64,000 nucleotides of DNA from an uncultured Phycisphaerales bacterium (GCA_963758525.1 CAVWVQ010000003.1:1440001-1504000), one strand, 5' to 3'. Positions 42,480-53,136 are shown, counted from the first letter of the stretch. Notes: generated from the letters alone by a model not told the origin. Made by a program: numbers and translations.

Positions 42480-42630
42480 ACAATCGCTCCTGCCATCACT
42501 GAATCCCCCAACCCCAAAGAAAGTGGACAACCCACATTTTTTATGGCAATAATATACTTGACGCACTCCCATGAAACTCCGTACAGATTGCCAGATTTCG
42601 CCAGCCCTCGCAATGATTATGCTTTGAGCC

Positions 42631-42819
42631 GTGCGAGCCGAAGTTCCGAAAGACGCCAGCCTTGAAGAGTTGTACAAAATCAGCCAACGGCTAAAAACCG
42701 ATGGCGCTCGTCTCGACAGGAAATTGCAGGCGTTAGCCGATCGGGTCGAAGCTGCAATCGCCAGGTCCCGCAAGGCCGTGGATCGTGACGCAAGGCTGCG
42801 CGGCAAGGGGAAATCCTGA
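42631..42819 (+). CDS. small coiled-coil hypothetical protein
   Basis: 62-aa helical, basic ORF inside the IS end. Confidence 0.35.
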   Translation: MRAEVPKDASLEELYKISQRLKTDGARLDRKLQALADRVEAAIARSRKAVDRDARLRGKGKS

Positions 42820-42825
42820 TCGTGT

Positions 42826-42963
42826 CTACTTCCGCTTTTTTGGTTTGGATGATTTCTTCGGCGCGTCCTTCATCAGATCTGCCTTCGGCGTGGTGAGTAT
42901 CCGGCGCATCAGCGCCTCGAATTTTTGAAATGGCGTGGGGCCGTCATGTGATTGTGTTGCCAT
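42826..42963 (-). CDS. small basic protein (45 aa)
   Basis: AAGGGAG RBS. MATQSHDGPTPFQKFEALMRRILTTPKADLMKDAPKKSSKPKKRK. Confidence 0.55.
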   Translation of the reverse strand: MATQSHDGPTPFQKFEALMRRILTTPKADLMKDAPKKSSKPKKRK

Positions 42964-42975
42964 AATGTCTCCCTT

Positions 42976-44597
42976 CTACTCTTCCTCGAACATTTTTGCT
43001 TGCTCTGTTTTCTTGCCCCTCACCTTCGGCGCGGCCTTGAACGTGGATGCCTCATGCCAGCCCGGCATATCAACTCGCTTGCCTTCCAGCAATTCAGCAA
43101 TCGTGAGTAATTGCAACTTGGGGAACTGCGCCCGACAACTGAACTCGACTTGTAGAACCCTGCCGACGCAGCTTCCGTTCTCATTGGCTGCGTGGTGTCC
43201 TGTATGCAGATCAGGACGCCGATAGCAGCTTTCTCGCGGTCCAGAACGCCCCGCAGGTCGCGAACATGCGCGACGTTCGTATGGCCCGCTTTCACCGAGA
43301 AGATGACTTGTTTCGTATCTCCGTTTTGTTCGTCGTGGAAGTAGAGGCGTCCGTCAATTCCCTTATCCGCGCCTTTCTTCTGCTCTGCTGGCCGTGCGTG
43401 AACCAGCGACAGCGCCCACCACTGAAATTGATACGGATCATCGGCGGCAAGCTGCGCCGCGCCGCCAATATCTTCCGGTTCGCCGACTACCTTATAGGTC
43501 TTGCTGATGGCCTCTCCGAACGCAGTAAAAAGGCGATGCTTAATCAGGCTTATCGCAAGGTGCGTAATGTCAATCCCGATCCATCGCCGATTCAATTTTT
43601 GGGCGGCAGTGACAGCGGTCCCACAGCCGCAGAAAGGATCGAGCACAACGCCATTTTCCGGACAACTAGCGTTGATGATTCTCTCCAGCAGCGATTCGGG
43701 TTTTTGCGTTGGATAACCCAACCGTTCCTGCGCCTGAGAATTGATCGGGAAGATATCCGTCCAGACATTGGATATCGGCTTCCCATCTGTCGCGTTCAGA
43801 TAACGCTTGAATCGAGGCATTCCGGATTTCGTAAAAACGATTAGCCCCATCTTCATCTGGCGGTCGATTACTTCCTGACTCATCCAGTGCCGCCCTACGG
43901 GGGGCTCAATCAGTCTGTCTCCGAATTTTCGTGCGGGGCCGTCGCCTCGCCCGTGCGCCGAGACAAGCTGAAACTTGCCGCCTTCATCGGAGCTGCTGTA
44001 ATGAGACTCGATATACGAGTCATCCTGCGGAAGCCGTGGCGACGTCCAGGCGAACTCTTCGGAGCGAACGAAATAGAGAATCGTATCGTGAACGTCGTGG
44101 TAGTTTTGTGCGCCGCCATGCGATGCAGATCGCTTCCAGATGATTTCGCTGCGGAAAAACTTCGGGCCGAACACGGCGTCCATCAGCAGTTTGAGGTAGT
44201 GGCTTGCGGTCGGATCGCAGTGCAGATAAATGCTGCCCGATGTTTTCATCTTCCGCCGCAATTCGGCAAGTCGTGGTGCCATCATTGCGAGATAGGCAAG
44301 CATATCGTTCTCGCCCATGAACGTGCGGAAAGCCTGCATTACCTGCGAAACCTTGCCGCCGGATTCTACTACATCTTGGAATGCGATGGCTGCTGATTGA
44401 TCCCAATGCCAAGTGTCGCCGAACGCCTTGATCTGTGACGCGGCCTGCGCGCCGTTCTTTTCTGAGAACAGCACGTTGTAATCAGCATTGGAATTGAACG
44501 GCGGATCGAGGTAGACCAGATCAACCGATTCGTCGGCGACGTGCTCGCGCAGCACCTTGAGGTTGTCGCCGTAGTAGAGTGTGTTGGTCGATGCCAT
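42976..44597 (-). CDS. N4/N6 DNA methyltransferase with C-terminal Mrr-like REase-fold domain (frameshift ~43135)
   Basis: YLDPPFNS, GYPTQKP, LDPFCGCGT and ADKGIDG...SVKAG. The natural C-terminus QFPKLQLLTIAELLEGK...EEE* is in a shifted frame. Confidence 0.85.
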
Positions 44598-45131
44598 TTA
44601 TTCCCCTCGATTCATCAAGGGATTTACTTCTAATCTCCGCATTTCGTCAAACGCTTTTGGCGTCAAAATTCTCAGGGGCTGTCCGCCCGACGTGAGCAGC
44701 TTATCCAGCGGCAAGAGCGGCGTTGGGTTTTTCTTCTTGTTGCGTTGCCGTTTAGAGTCGCCATCATTTGTCAGAATGATTGAAACGCCTGCAAATACAG
44801 CCGTCGCGAGGTGTATCGAGTCCGCCCCGTCAATTTCATGCTTGCATCGGATGTCGCGGGCGATCTCGGAAATTGCGCGATCGGCAGCGTATAGGGCAAT
44901 GTATTCCCTGTCGAAGAAGTCCCTCACCACCTCATCGGCAATTGCAACGTCCTTCCCATCGATCCTGCACGTCTCCGCGATAGCGATGGACGATACGACC
45001 AAGATCAACTTCTTTTTTTCCGCGTCGTCCAGCAGCGGCTTCACCCATTCATAGCGCGCGGATTTTTCCTTTTCCAAGCTGTCGATAACGATGTTTGAGT
45101 CCCACGCCAGCCTCAAGGGATCAGTATCCAC
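44598..45131 (-). CDS. PIN-domain (VapC-like) protein
   Basis: WDSNIVID, VSSIAIAE, ADSIHLATA and LTND acidic tetrad. Confidence 0.85.
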   Translation of the reverse strand: MDTDPLRLAWDSNIVIDSLEKEKSARYEWVKPLLDDAEKKKLILVVSSIAIAETCRIDGKDVAIADEVVRDFFDREYIALYAADRAISEIARDIRCKHEIDGADSIHLATAVFAGVSIILTNDGDSKRQRNKKKNPTPLLPLDKLLTSGGQPLRILTPKAFDEMRRLEVNPLMNRGE

Positions 45132-45882
45132 CCCGCACCCTTTCGATATGTTCTACGGTGCTTAAGCCGCCTGTTATATCAATGCTCGGCATTTCCGTGA
45201 ACGGCTTCGGATTATCGGCCAATACTCTGAAACGAACGTTGTCGATAGATTTGATTTCGCCGTGTCCTGAACACTTCGCAAGGCCACTAACCTCTACCCG
45301 ATGCTTCATCGCCTCTCGCACTTTATGGAACTCGTCTGTCGGAAAGTTGCATGGGATGCGAACCCCGTTACTGGCGTTTACAATCTTGAACCTATGGGTG
45401 CCGCCTTCCATCGCCGTAACCTCATAAAGCGTTCCGCGAATAGTGGTGTGCTCATAATAAAAACGCTTCGTCGTCTTCGCGAGATGTTCCACCCTCTCGA
45501 TTAGAGCAGGTGTAAATCGCACTGTGGGCTCGTGCGATGACGAAATCTTCAAAGAGCTGAACTGTTCATCTAGCACACTGGACAGTTCAATAGTCGCGTC
45601 AATGTCATCGTCGGTTAGTCGCGGCATCGTTTTAGGCGCTCGCTTGTTTTGCATACTGTGCAAGTGCGTCATGCGAGCAGATAGGGGTCCGTTTGCCGTC
45701 TCGCTTCTGAATGTCAAGCTGATGGGGTTGCCCAGCGCGACGCGGATTACCTCCCAGTCAACAGTTTCGTCTTCGTCGCGGCCGCGTAACCATTTTAGCG
45801 CCTTCTCCAAGACGCCAATCAATGTGCGCACCGCTACCGCATCGCCCTTGCGATTTCCGGTAAAGGTGACTTCTTTCGGCAT
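45121..45882 (-). CDS. hypothetical protein with a probable C-terminal OB-like fold, putative PIN partner
   Basis: TIRGTLYEV...IPCNF...RVEVSG beta pattern. Tail GLSTVEHIERVRGG overlaps the PIN start. Confidence 0.6.
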   Translation of the reverse strand: MPKEVTFTGNRKGDAVAVRTLIGVLEKALKWLRGRDEDETVDWEVIRVALGNPISLTFRSETANGPLSARMTHLHSMQNKRAPKTMPRLTDDDIDATIELSSVLDEQFSSLKISSSHEPTVRFTPALIERVEHLAKTTKRFYYEHTTIRGTLYEVTAMEGGTHRFKIVNASNGVRIPCNFPTDEFHKVREAMKHRVEVSGLAKCSGHGEIKSIDNVRFRVLADNPKPFTEMPSIDITGGLSTVEHIERVRGGY

Positions 45883-45908
45883 ATTTTCGTTTTCCCCTCT
45901 TCTGCCGT

Positions 45909-46883
45909 CTATGCGGCAGGCACCGTATCAACCGAATCGTCTCCGATCAGTCCCTTGTACGTCAACCGCTTTCCTTCAACCGATCCTAGCACTTTCAGAA
46001 AGCGATTCCCATCGTCGGTCTTCCGGTTATTGAACCGGAAGCACTCCGCGTCCAGATAGCGGAAAAGGTGGAACGGCTCGACCGAAATGTGAGTGCCCTT
46101 GATGCACCGCTTGAACAGGCTCCAGAAGTTTTCCAGACCGTTCGTGTGGACGTTCCCTTTCGCGTAGCACTCCGCATGGTCGATCACCTGATGGACATAG
46201 GACGGAGTGAGTCCGGCATAGCTGGCGAGTGCGTCCGTGAAAACCTGGGTGCCTTTCTCAACATGCGCGTGAATGTGTGGCTGTAACGTCCGCCGTTTGG
46301 TGTTATCGACAACAAGGGTACGAACTTCTCCATGCCTTTGCAGAAGTCCCATAACAACGGCCTTGCCCGCAGCGCCGCGACCTTTCGCCTTGCGCTTGCC
46401 GGGGTGCATGTTGCGGGCCTTGCCGCCGATGAAGGTTTCATCGACTTCAACCTCGCCGGTTAGCTTCTGGAAGAAATCCCCGTTCTGCATGGCGAGCCGG
46501 ATACGCTGCTGCATGAACCATCCGGTTTTCTGAGTGACGCCCAGAGACCGCATGACCTCATAGCTGCTGATGGAATTCTTGGCGTTGGCTTCCAGCCAGA
46601 TCGCAACTAGCCAAGTGCTGAGGGGCAATGGCGAATCTTCCATGATGGTACGGGTCTTGAGCGTGAACCGTTTGGCTTCATGATCCTCGCGGCATTCCCA
46701 CTGGAGCCGGGTCTGAATGAACCGGACGCGGGCCGATCCGCAGCGCGGGCAGCAGACTTCACCGGGCCAGCGGAGCGCCTTCATGAAGCTGAAGGCGACT
46801 TTCTCATCTGCGAACATCCGAACCGCTTCAACGAGAGTTTCGGGGTTGGTCATTTCGTTCGCGTTGTTATGCTTGGCGCTCAT
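45909..46883 (-). CDS. IS1595-family transposase
   Basis: Zn ribbon CPRCGS, GEVEVDETFIGG, FTDA, HTNGLENFWS and YLDAECFRFN. Confidence 0.95.
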   Translation of the reverse strand: MSAKHNNANEMTNPETLVEAVRMFADEKVAFSFMKALRWPGEVCCPRCGSARVRFIQTRLQWECREDHEAKRFTLKTRTIMEDSPLPLSTWLVAIWLEANAKNSISSYEVMRSLGVTQKTGWFMQQRIRLAMQNGDFFQKLTGEVEVDETFIGGKARNMHPGKRKAKGRGAAGKAVVMGLLQRHGEVRTLVVDNTKRRTLQPHIHAHVEKGTQVFTDALASYAGLTPSYVHQVIDHAECYAKGNVHTNGLENFWSLFKRCIKGTHISVEPFHLFRYLDAECFRFNNRKTDDGNRFLKVLGSVEGKRLTYKGLIGDDSVDTVPAA

Positions 46884-47160
46884 GCCCGCATTGTAGCGGG
46901 GCTATGGGAGTGCGTCAAGTATATTATTGCCTTTTTTATTGTGGCGCAGATGTCAACCAGACTTTCAGTTGGCGCGAAGAGTGCACCGCGTCAGCGGTAA
47001 GGTGGAGCGTTCCTGGAGTGTCCGCCTTCGGATTCACCCTTTTAGCCGGTTCGCTTGACCTCCATGAGCAGTGTCGGATGGCGAGCCGGGCCCTTTCGGA
47101 TTCGCGGAGACCGGCTCGCGAGCAAGCCGGCTAAAATGATTCTCTCGTGTTTTGTTCTCT

Positions 47161-47216
47161 TACTTCTTACTACTTACTCCTGGCTCCTGGCTCCTGGCTC
47201 CTGGCTCCTAGCTCCT
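47161..47216. repeat. heptamer simple repeat (CTCCTGG)n
   Basis: CTCCTGGCTCCTGGCTCCTGGCTCCTGGCTCCTAGCTCC. Confidence 0.7.
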
Positions 47217-47237
47217 GCTTTCTGCCCTCCCTCCCCC

Positions 47238-47535
47238 CTACCGATCAATCGCCTTCATATTTGCCTCTGCGTATCGCTCGCCGGCGATTTCGGATTGGGG
47301 CACGGCGGCTTCCAACTCCGCGACTTCCGCAGCGCTGAGCTTGAGCTCCGCGGCAGCCAGGTTTTCTTCCAGATACTTGCGGCGCTTGGTGCCGGGAATC
47401 GGAACGATGTCGTTTCCCTTGGCCAGCACCCATGCCAGAGCGAGCTGGCCGGGGGAAACCTTCCGTCGCTGGGCGATGGCGCGGACGCGATCCACCAGTG
47501 CCTGATTCTTGTCGAAGTTCTCGCCCGCGAAGCGG
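47238..47535 (-). pseudogene. aldo/keto reductase, C-terminal fragment
   Basis: RFAGENFDKN...SPGQLALAWVLAKG...PIPGTKRRKYLEENLAA. N-terminus absent. Confidence 0.8.
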
Positions 47536-48382
47536 CGTTGAAGGAAGTCGAAGAGCTTGCCACATCGTTCGGGCACCCCGACATATACCGCGAATTGCTG
47601 CACTTCTACGAAGTGCGGAATGTCGGAGGAATCCCTGCTCTTAAGAGACGCAGCAGCTCTGGGACCTCAGCCGCAATTCGCATGACCTATTTCTGTGGAA
47701 GATCGTAAAGCGGTCATTTGATCCGGCCGCTGGGGCGCGATACGGACAGCGAGAAGGCTGGTCACCGAGCATGGATTTTATCGAAGCGGTCTGGAGGGAT
47801 GGGGGGCAACTTGATCCAACTTTCGCAATGAAGATCGTGTCTCAGTATGTCAGAGACGATGAGGAGTCGAAGGCAGCGGACGCTCTGCTGGACGTGATAA
47901 AGGCTTTCGGCCCCTTGGCGGAAGTGGTTGCCCGCTGTATCTCGCTTCTCGACACGGCAGATCGAACGAAAGACGCAGACGCGCTCGTTGCACGCGTGAA
48001 GGGCGAGCTTGTTGGCGAACATCAGTTCATCGAATCGTGGGCTAGGCACGCACTGCGCGATCCGAATCCAGATGGCGCAACTGAGATCGCTGGGTCCCCG
48101 GCGATAGATATACTGAGGGAAATTGCTCCTATATTGGCCGCGAGCATTTTTTTTATTGCTGGGATGATTGAGGAGTCGGGGTCCGCTGCGGACAGGGCTC
48201 TGCAAATCGGAAGGCGTGGGGCGCCATCAAGTGACATGGTGGAGTTGGGAGAAATTTTCAATGCATTGGGGCGCTTCGAGGAATTCGAGCAAGTCGTTCG
48301 CGGCAGCGATAACTGGCCACCGGACATGATTGAACGGATTCTCGAAGATGCGCGAACGAAACGCAGAAGACGACGCCGTTAG
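47530..48382 (+). pseudogene. C-terminal fragment of a helical hypothetical protein
   Basis: ORF 47771..48382 plus an upstream shifted segment LKEVEELATSFGHPDIYRELL that begins at the AKR junction. Confidence 0.45.
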
Positions 48383-48387
48383 TGAAT

Positions 48388-49090
48388 CGACTAACGGGAC
48401 ACGTCCAAACATTTCTATCGCAATGCTCCGGGCATTTCCTCTGAGCCTGCTCACCGTTGGCGTACCGATCCCGCATTGAAGCTCTTTCGAATGCTGCTTC
48501 CTACGTCGCAAGGCAGCAGTTCGCGTAAGCATGTTTGCAACCGCCGGGACCCGCGCGAGCAGAGAGACGGACGGCTATGCCGCCGGGCAGCGGATGCGCT
48601 CGACCCGACCCTTCACCGCAGCGGGAGAGAGCCCGCCGGGCGGCGGAGCCGCTCGGCTCTCTGCTGGCGCGGGAATCGGGGCGGGTGCTCGCATTAGTAA
48701 AGAGGTTTTCGGTTTTCAGTTTTCGGTTTTCAGCTTGAGAACGACTAACGGGACGCGTCCAGAACGGCCGGGCGTGATGATCGAAAACATCCACCTCGCC
48801 AGTCACGCCCGGACAGAGTGGACTCGCGCGTCCCGGACGCCGTGCAGACTAGAATCCCACGGCAGCCCGCGCCGCTGGACACGCCCCGCAAGCGAGGCGG
48901 CTAAAGGGTAAGGATCCGGGGGAGTTTATGTCGACGTTCCCGCGTGCGAAGCACTTCCAAATCCGTTAGCCGCCTTGCTCGCGAGGCGTGTCCAGCGGCA
49001 TATCGACTCGGCCCGCGCTGACCGTCTGGAAAACGACTCGCGGGGGCGTCAATTATTTCTATTGCAATGCTCCGGGCGTTTCCTCTGAGA
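48388..49090. repeat. mosaic of small direct and inverted repeats
   Basis: CGACTAACGGGAC(A/G)CGTCCA at 48388/48742. ATTTCTAT(C/T)GCAATGCTCCGGGC at 48411/49055. Inverted pair ~48870-48907 / 48964-49000. Hairpin repeat at 48749-48836. Confidence 0.7.
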
Positions 49091-49146
49091 AGTGGAAAGG
49101 GGATGCCCGCGCCTTACCGGCAGCCACGCCGTTTCACGGAGCGTGA

Positions 49147-50707
49147 TCAACGATTGGAACGAAGTCTCCGGAAAAGCACCGCGACGCAGGTGACTGAGAG
49201 AACAGCGATACCTACAAAGATGCCGACTCGGATGAAAGACTCAGACTTCGACCTGATGCTGGCTCGCAATTTGTTGTGCCAACTGGCGAGGGGCTTAAAG
49301 TTCTGCTCGTCTAATTCCTCGTGTCCGCGTGCGGTTTGAAGGTCTTCTTCGGACACGATCGAGTTCCCAGCCCAATGGCTTACGATTCGCAGCAGAGCGG
49401 AAGTCGAATCGGGACCAGTCTTGTCGAGGCGCGGATCGCGGATAATTCGGATGACCAGTCCATGAAACTCGGTGCGCGGATGTTCCGAAGCTGCCTCAAG
49501 AAAGGCGGTTCGTTCAGTGGGGAATGAACCGGGATCAGGCGGATCTTCGAAATAGTGATCGACAATAAACTCGGCGTCGGCGGGCCCACAAATGCGCCAC
49601 AGCGAAGCGAGCAGCCTGGCTCTCTCCCATCCCTGAAATTGCCCCGACTTCCTCAAGACCTCCTCCCGAAGCCATTTGGATGCCTCTGCCGGACGCAGTT
49701 CCGCGGCGGCGATGACATTGCCCGCAGCAAGGACATCTCCGGCATCGCGTTCTGAAAGCAGATCCTTCGCGTGATCGTAAATGAACCAGCAGAGTGGTCC
49801 CAGGTCCAGATCGGGATCATCCGGGACGTCAGGGTCTCGTGGGGCCGCCGCGGGTCGTGCGAGATATTTGATGGTGCTTCGTAAAGTCGCCGCGCCTATG
49901 TCATGGCAGAGGCGCGAGAGTTCGTCGTTACCAACCAGATAAGATTGCCCGTATTCATCGCACTCATACTTGGCCAATTGAAGGAGAATCCAGCGGCGGT
50001 CGACAATAGGAATCTGATCTATTTCCTTTCTCACTTGCGCAATCTGCGCCGGACTGTCATCGGGCAATGGCGAAGTGCCATGGTTGGCGCGACTGAGCCG
50101 GACCATGAACCAGCCCGCGCAATACTTCCGCTCCTTATGCGCGTTCCAATATTGGAGAAAGTCGTAGCGTTGAAATTTACCGACCCACCCTGCGTTCTCG
50201 TAAAAAGTGAATGACATTCGTCGCGGCTTCGCCGACAGTTTGAGATTCTTGTGGCGGTCCGATGCCGGAGAATCTCAGTCCCTGTTGATCGTACGGAGGG
50301 TTTGTGAATGCCGGATGCTCATCGTCGACGAGTTGATTGATTTCCGGAAGGGCGTGATCGGCTCCGCCGGCATAGAGGGCCATGATTGCCAGCACGCGAA
50401 CCTTGGGATTGGGGTTGTGAAGAAGGGGAATGAGATCTTCAACGGCATCGTGCCTCCCCATGAATTCTTTCAGTATTGGTCGGTAGCTTCGCATTGCCGC
50501 GGGGTCGGCGAGGTAAATCTCGGTGCGGCCGAAAAGGAACTCATGATCGCCGAAGAATTTGAATTCCGTTGCATATCGTTCGAATGCATCGACTGTAGAT
50601 TCTGTGCCCTGTGAGATTCGGCACAACACGCTTAAGAATATCACAGCGACAATGGTGATTTGATCGGGTTTGCGCCGCCTGATTCCGTTTGAATATCGGA
50701 AATTCAT
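49147..50707 (-). CDS. secreted/membrane-anchored HEAT-repeat hypothetical protein (frameshift ~50200)
   Basis: LIPLLHNPNPKVRVLAIMAL HEAT-like repeat. C-terminal TM IFVGIAVLSVTCVAVLF. Confidence 0.55.
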
Positions 50708-50805
50708 TGTCGCCCTCCAAAGTGCCTTAGTGCATCCGAATCCGGAATCCGCATGATCCATCATTCTACAGAAAAGCGACGCTCGAAGTTCACGCTACGA
50801 CTACG

Positions 50806-51327
50806 CTCTCTCTGGTCGAATCCGGGCGGCGCTGAAGCTCTGCCCCGGCGTGATGGTCGGTAACATTCACCTCGCCAACCGCGCCGGGACAGAGCGTACC
50901 CGCGCCGTCCCGGATTCCGTCGGCGGAGGGGGAGCAAAGGTGAGCAAAAGGGGTCATCGGGTCATCGGCCAATGCCGGCCGTCCTCCTCGTTTTGTTTGC
51001 TGCCGGTTCCTGCCTTCACTCTGCAATGTCAATTCACTAGCTAGATGCTAACCCGTCATTTGCGACAGACCAAACCACCGCCGGCGCTGCGGGCGTCGTC
51101 GTTGGAATTGCCGCGGCTCTGGCGCTCGCGCTGACTGCCTGCAGGAAGTAGCCGGGATTAAGTCTGAAGTGTTCCGCGAGTTTGGCGATCGCCTTTTTGC
51201 TCAGCGAGCGCTTCCCTCTCTCTGGCCGAATCCGGGGCGGCGCTGAAGCTCTGCCCCGGCGTGATGGCCGGAAACATCAGTTCGCCAGTCACGCCGGGAC
51301 AGAGCGTACTCGCGGCGTCGCGGATTC
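50806..51327. repeat. two copies of a ~110-bp hairpin repeat (50806-50917, 51216-51327)
   Basis: GAATCCGGG..GCTGAAGCTCTGCCCCGGCGTGATGG...CGCCGGGACAGAGCGTAC...CGGATTC. Confidence 0.85.
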
Positions 51328-51385
51328 TAGAGCAGCAGAGACGTAATTTGTTTGCCGACCGCGCTGACTCGGCTATTATTCAGCG

Positions 51386-51583
51386 ATGTCAACTCTGGCA
51401 GAAATTGAGGCGGCCGCGGCCAAATTGCTGCATGCTGAGCAGAGGAACCTTTTCGAATGGCTCGCCAACAAGGGACCAAGGGGGAAGGCACATACGCACG
51501 TAGGCACGAAGGGAATGACGCGGCTGAGGCCGCGAGCATCTGGGTTGTGGGACAGTGAAAGCGCGGTCTGCGAGACTATATGA
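51386..51583 (+). pseudogene. small antitoxin-like ORF/remnant
   Basis: MSTLAEIEAAAAKLLHAEQRNLFEWL resembles addiction-module N-termini. Confidence 0.35.
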
Positions 51584-51947
51584 CCTTGCGCGATTACGCG
51601 CATCCAAAAACCGTTAAGCGGCTGCCCTAAGGGCAGCATTCTGCTGGCAAGTGCGCGTAATCGCGCACGTTCATTTAGATCGCCAGCAAGACGGGAGGGG
51701 CGAATGAACATTTACTTTGAAGGAACTCCAGCACCGAATCAGCGGGCAACACGCGTTCCTTTATTGTCGTAACGCAAGCTATTTTTTGTTATTTACGCAC
51801 CACTCGAATGCGTAAAATTCCGTAAAGTGGTGTAAAGCGAACGGCGGATTCCAAGCCAAAAATGAGGTTTGGCCGCCCGGCGGTCACTCGCATTGCCACG
51901 GATTGTAAAGCTGCGTGTATCCTATGTATATCTTTCGAGAAGGCGCC

Positions 51948-52191
51948 ATGGCGGTTGGAAAAATCGACAAGATCAGCAAAGTCGCCCGGTGGGGGAACAG
52001 CCTGGGCGTTCGGATCCCGCAGGAGGGGGTGGAAGCTGTCCGCTGAAGGGTGGCTCCACCCGCACCAGCTCAAGTCGCTCGACTACCGCAACCGGGACCT
52101 CTCATTTGTCGCAAAGTTGGACGACGACGATTTTCTCATCGACATCATGGATCGGGTTCGCGCCCTGATCGATCCAGACTCGACGATTTGA
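51948..52191 (+). pseudogene. collapsed mazE/mazF-type remnant
   Basis: KVARWGNSLGVRIP (MazE N-terminus) stops, then GWLHPHQLKSLDYRNR (MazF/PemK C-terminus) follows in another frame. Confidence 0.7.
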
Positions 52192-52335
52192 TCGATCGAT
52201 CTGTCCAGGGAGTTTTCGTAGAGCTCCGGGGCTCCGCCGGCCAGGAGCACGCCCATCCGAGTCGGCGCGGCGGCTGGCGCTTGGCCCTCGGATTTCTATC
52301 GACGCACCCGGCCTGGGGAGCTATGATTATCTCCG

Positions 52336-52593
52336 ATGGCAAAGCGGTATCATATTTCCGACGGCAGTTTGTTGCTGACAGTTGAGCCGGACGCCGACGG
52401 TTGGTTTACCGTAACTTCGCCAATCGACCCGGCGATGATCACGCAGGCTCGTACGATCGAAGAAGCGTTCGCGCAAGCGCGTGACGCCTTCGCTGCCTTG
52501 GCCGACTCTCGCTCGGATCCCGCTCGCTGGCGCCCGGCCAAAAGGTCTTCCGCCCGCTTCCCGCGTCAACCGAAAGTCGGTGCCGGAATTTGA
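52336..52593 (+). CDS. HicB-like antitoxin
   Basis: VEPDADGWFTVTSP...ITQARTIEEAFAQARDA. Confidence 0.75.
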   Translation: MAKRYHISDGSLLLTVEPDADGWFTVTSPIDPAMITQARTIEEAFAQARDAFAALADSRSDPARWRPAKRSSARFPRQPKVGAGI

Positions 52594-52759
52594 AGCTGCT
52601 TGCAGATCGCCCTGGCTGTCCCGAATCGGATTTCGCGGTGCCGCGGCACCGCTGATTCGCGCTTCGCTTGCGGATTAAGCCAGATGTCGTGGCTGCGCCC
52701 GTGCCGATGCAATCTGCAACCGTGAGAACGAAGGTGCGTTCTAGATCGCTGCGTTTCAT
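52566..52759 (-). CDS. HicA-like toxin (single-base frameshift near codon 8)
   Basis: MKRSDLER + HLRSHGCRLHRHGRSHDIWLNP...VPRHREI...ARAICKQLQIP. Confidence 0.75.
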
Positions 52760-53136
52760 GGAGCGTCTGCGGAAGGCCTTCTTGGGTAGTGTCGTCAGGA
52801 TCCCCTGCTCCCAATGTTAGTGGCGGCACCCCAGCCTTGCCAGCACTGTGGCTGTCACGGTATTGGGAGTTGAGCCTTTGTTGGCCATTGGGCCTTGGGC
52901 ATTCTGCTTTTCTGCTGCAAGAGCTTGGGTTCGACGGTATTGAGCGTCGGCAGGGTTTTATCCACACGTTGCAGTAACAATTGTTCCGTCCAACGGTTTA
53001 TCCGGTGTCTGCTGTTTACCGCTCTCAGGCTCGTTGTTCCCGCCCAGCGCCCCCCGGGGGGAGTGTAAGGATTTGTCAGGCCGGGTCAGGTTGTGTGTGA
53101 CGCGCAGTCGAAGGGAGAAGCCCATTACGTCTGGAG

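Larger units (their letters stand above)
42545..46931 (-). mobile_element. IS1595-family transporter IS with passenger genes, 4387 bp
   Basis: Perfect 28-bp TIRs GGCAATAATATACTTGACGCACTCCCAT at 42545-42572 / 46904-46931. 8-bp TSD TTTTTTAT at 42537-42544 and 46932-46939. Confidence 0.95.

Noticed and set aside
40988..42806. Novel sigma factor-glycoside hydrolase fusion (ORFs 40988..42613 and 41967..42806)
   Set aside because: The two parts are in different frames and both are truncated, which indicates a deletion junction rather than a functional fusion.
47161..48735. Heptamer runs (CTCCTGG)n and (GTTTTCA/G)n as functional arrays
   Set aside because: Short simple repeats without spacers or an associated gene.
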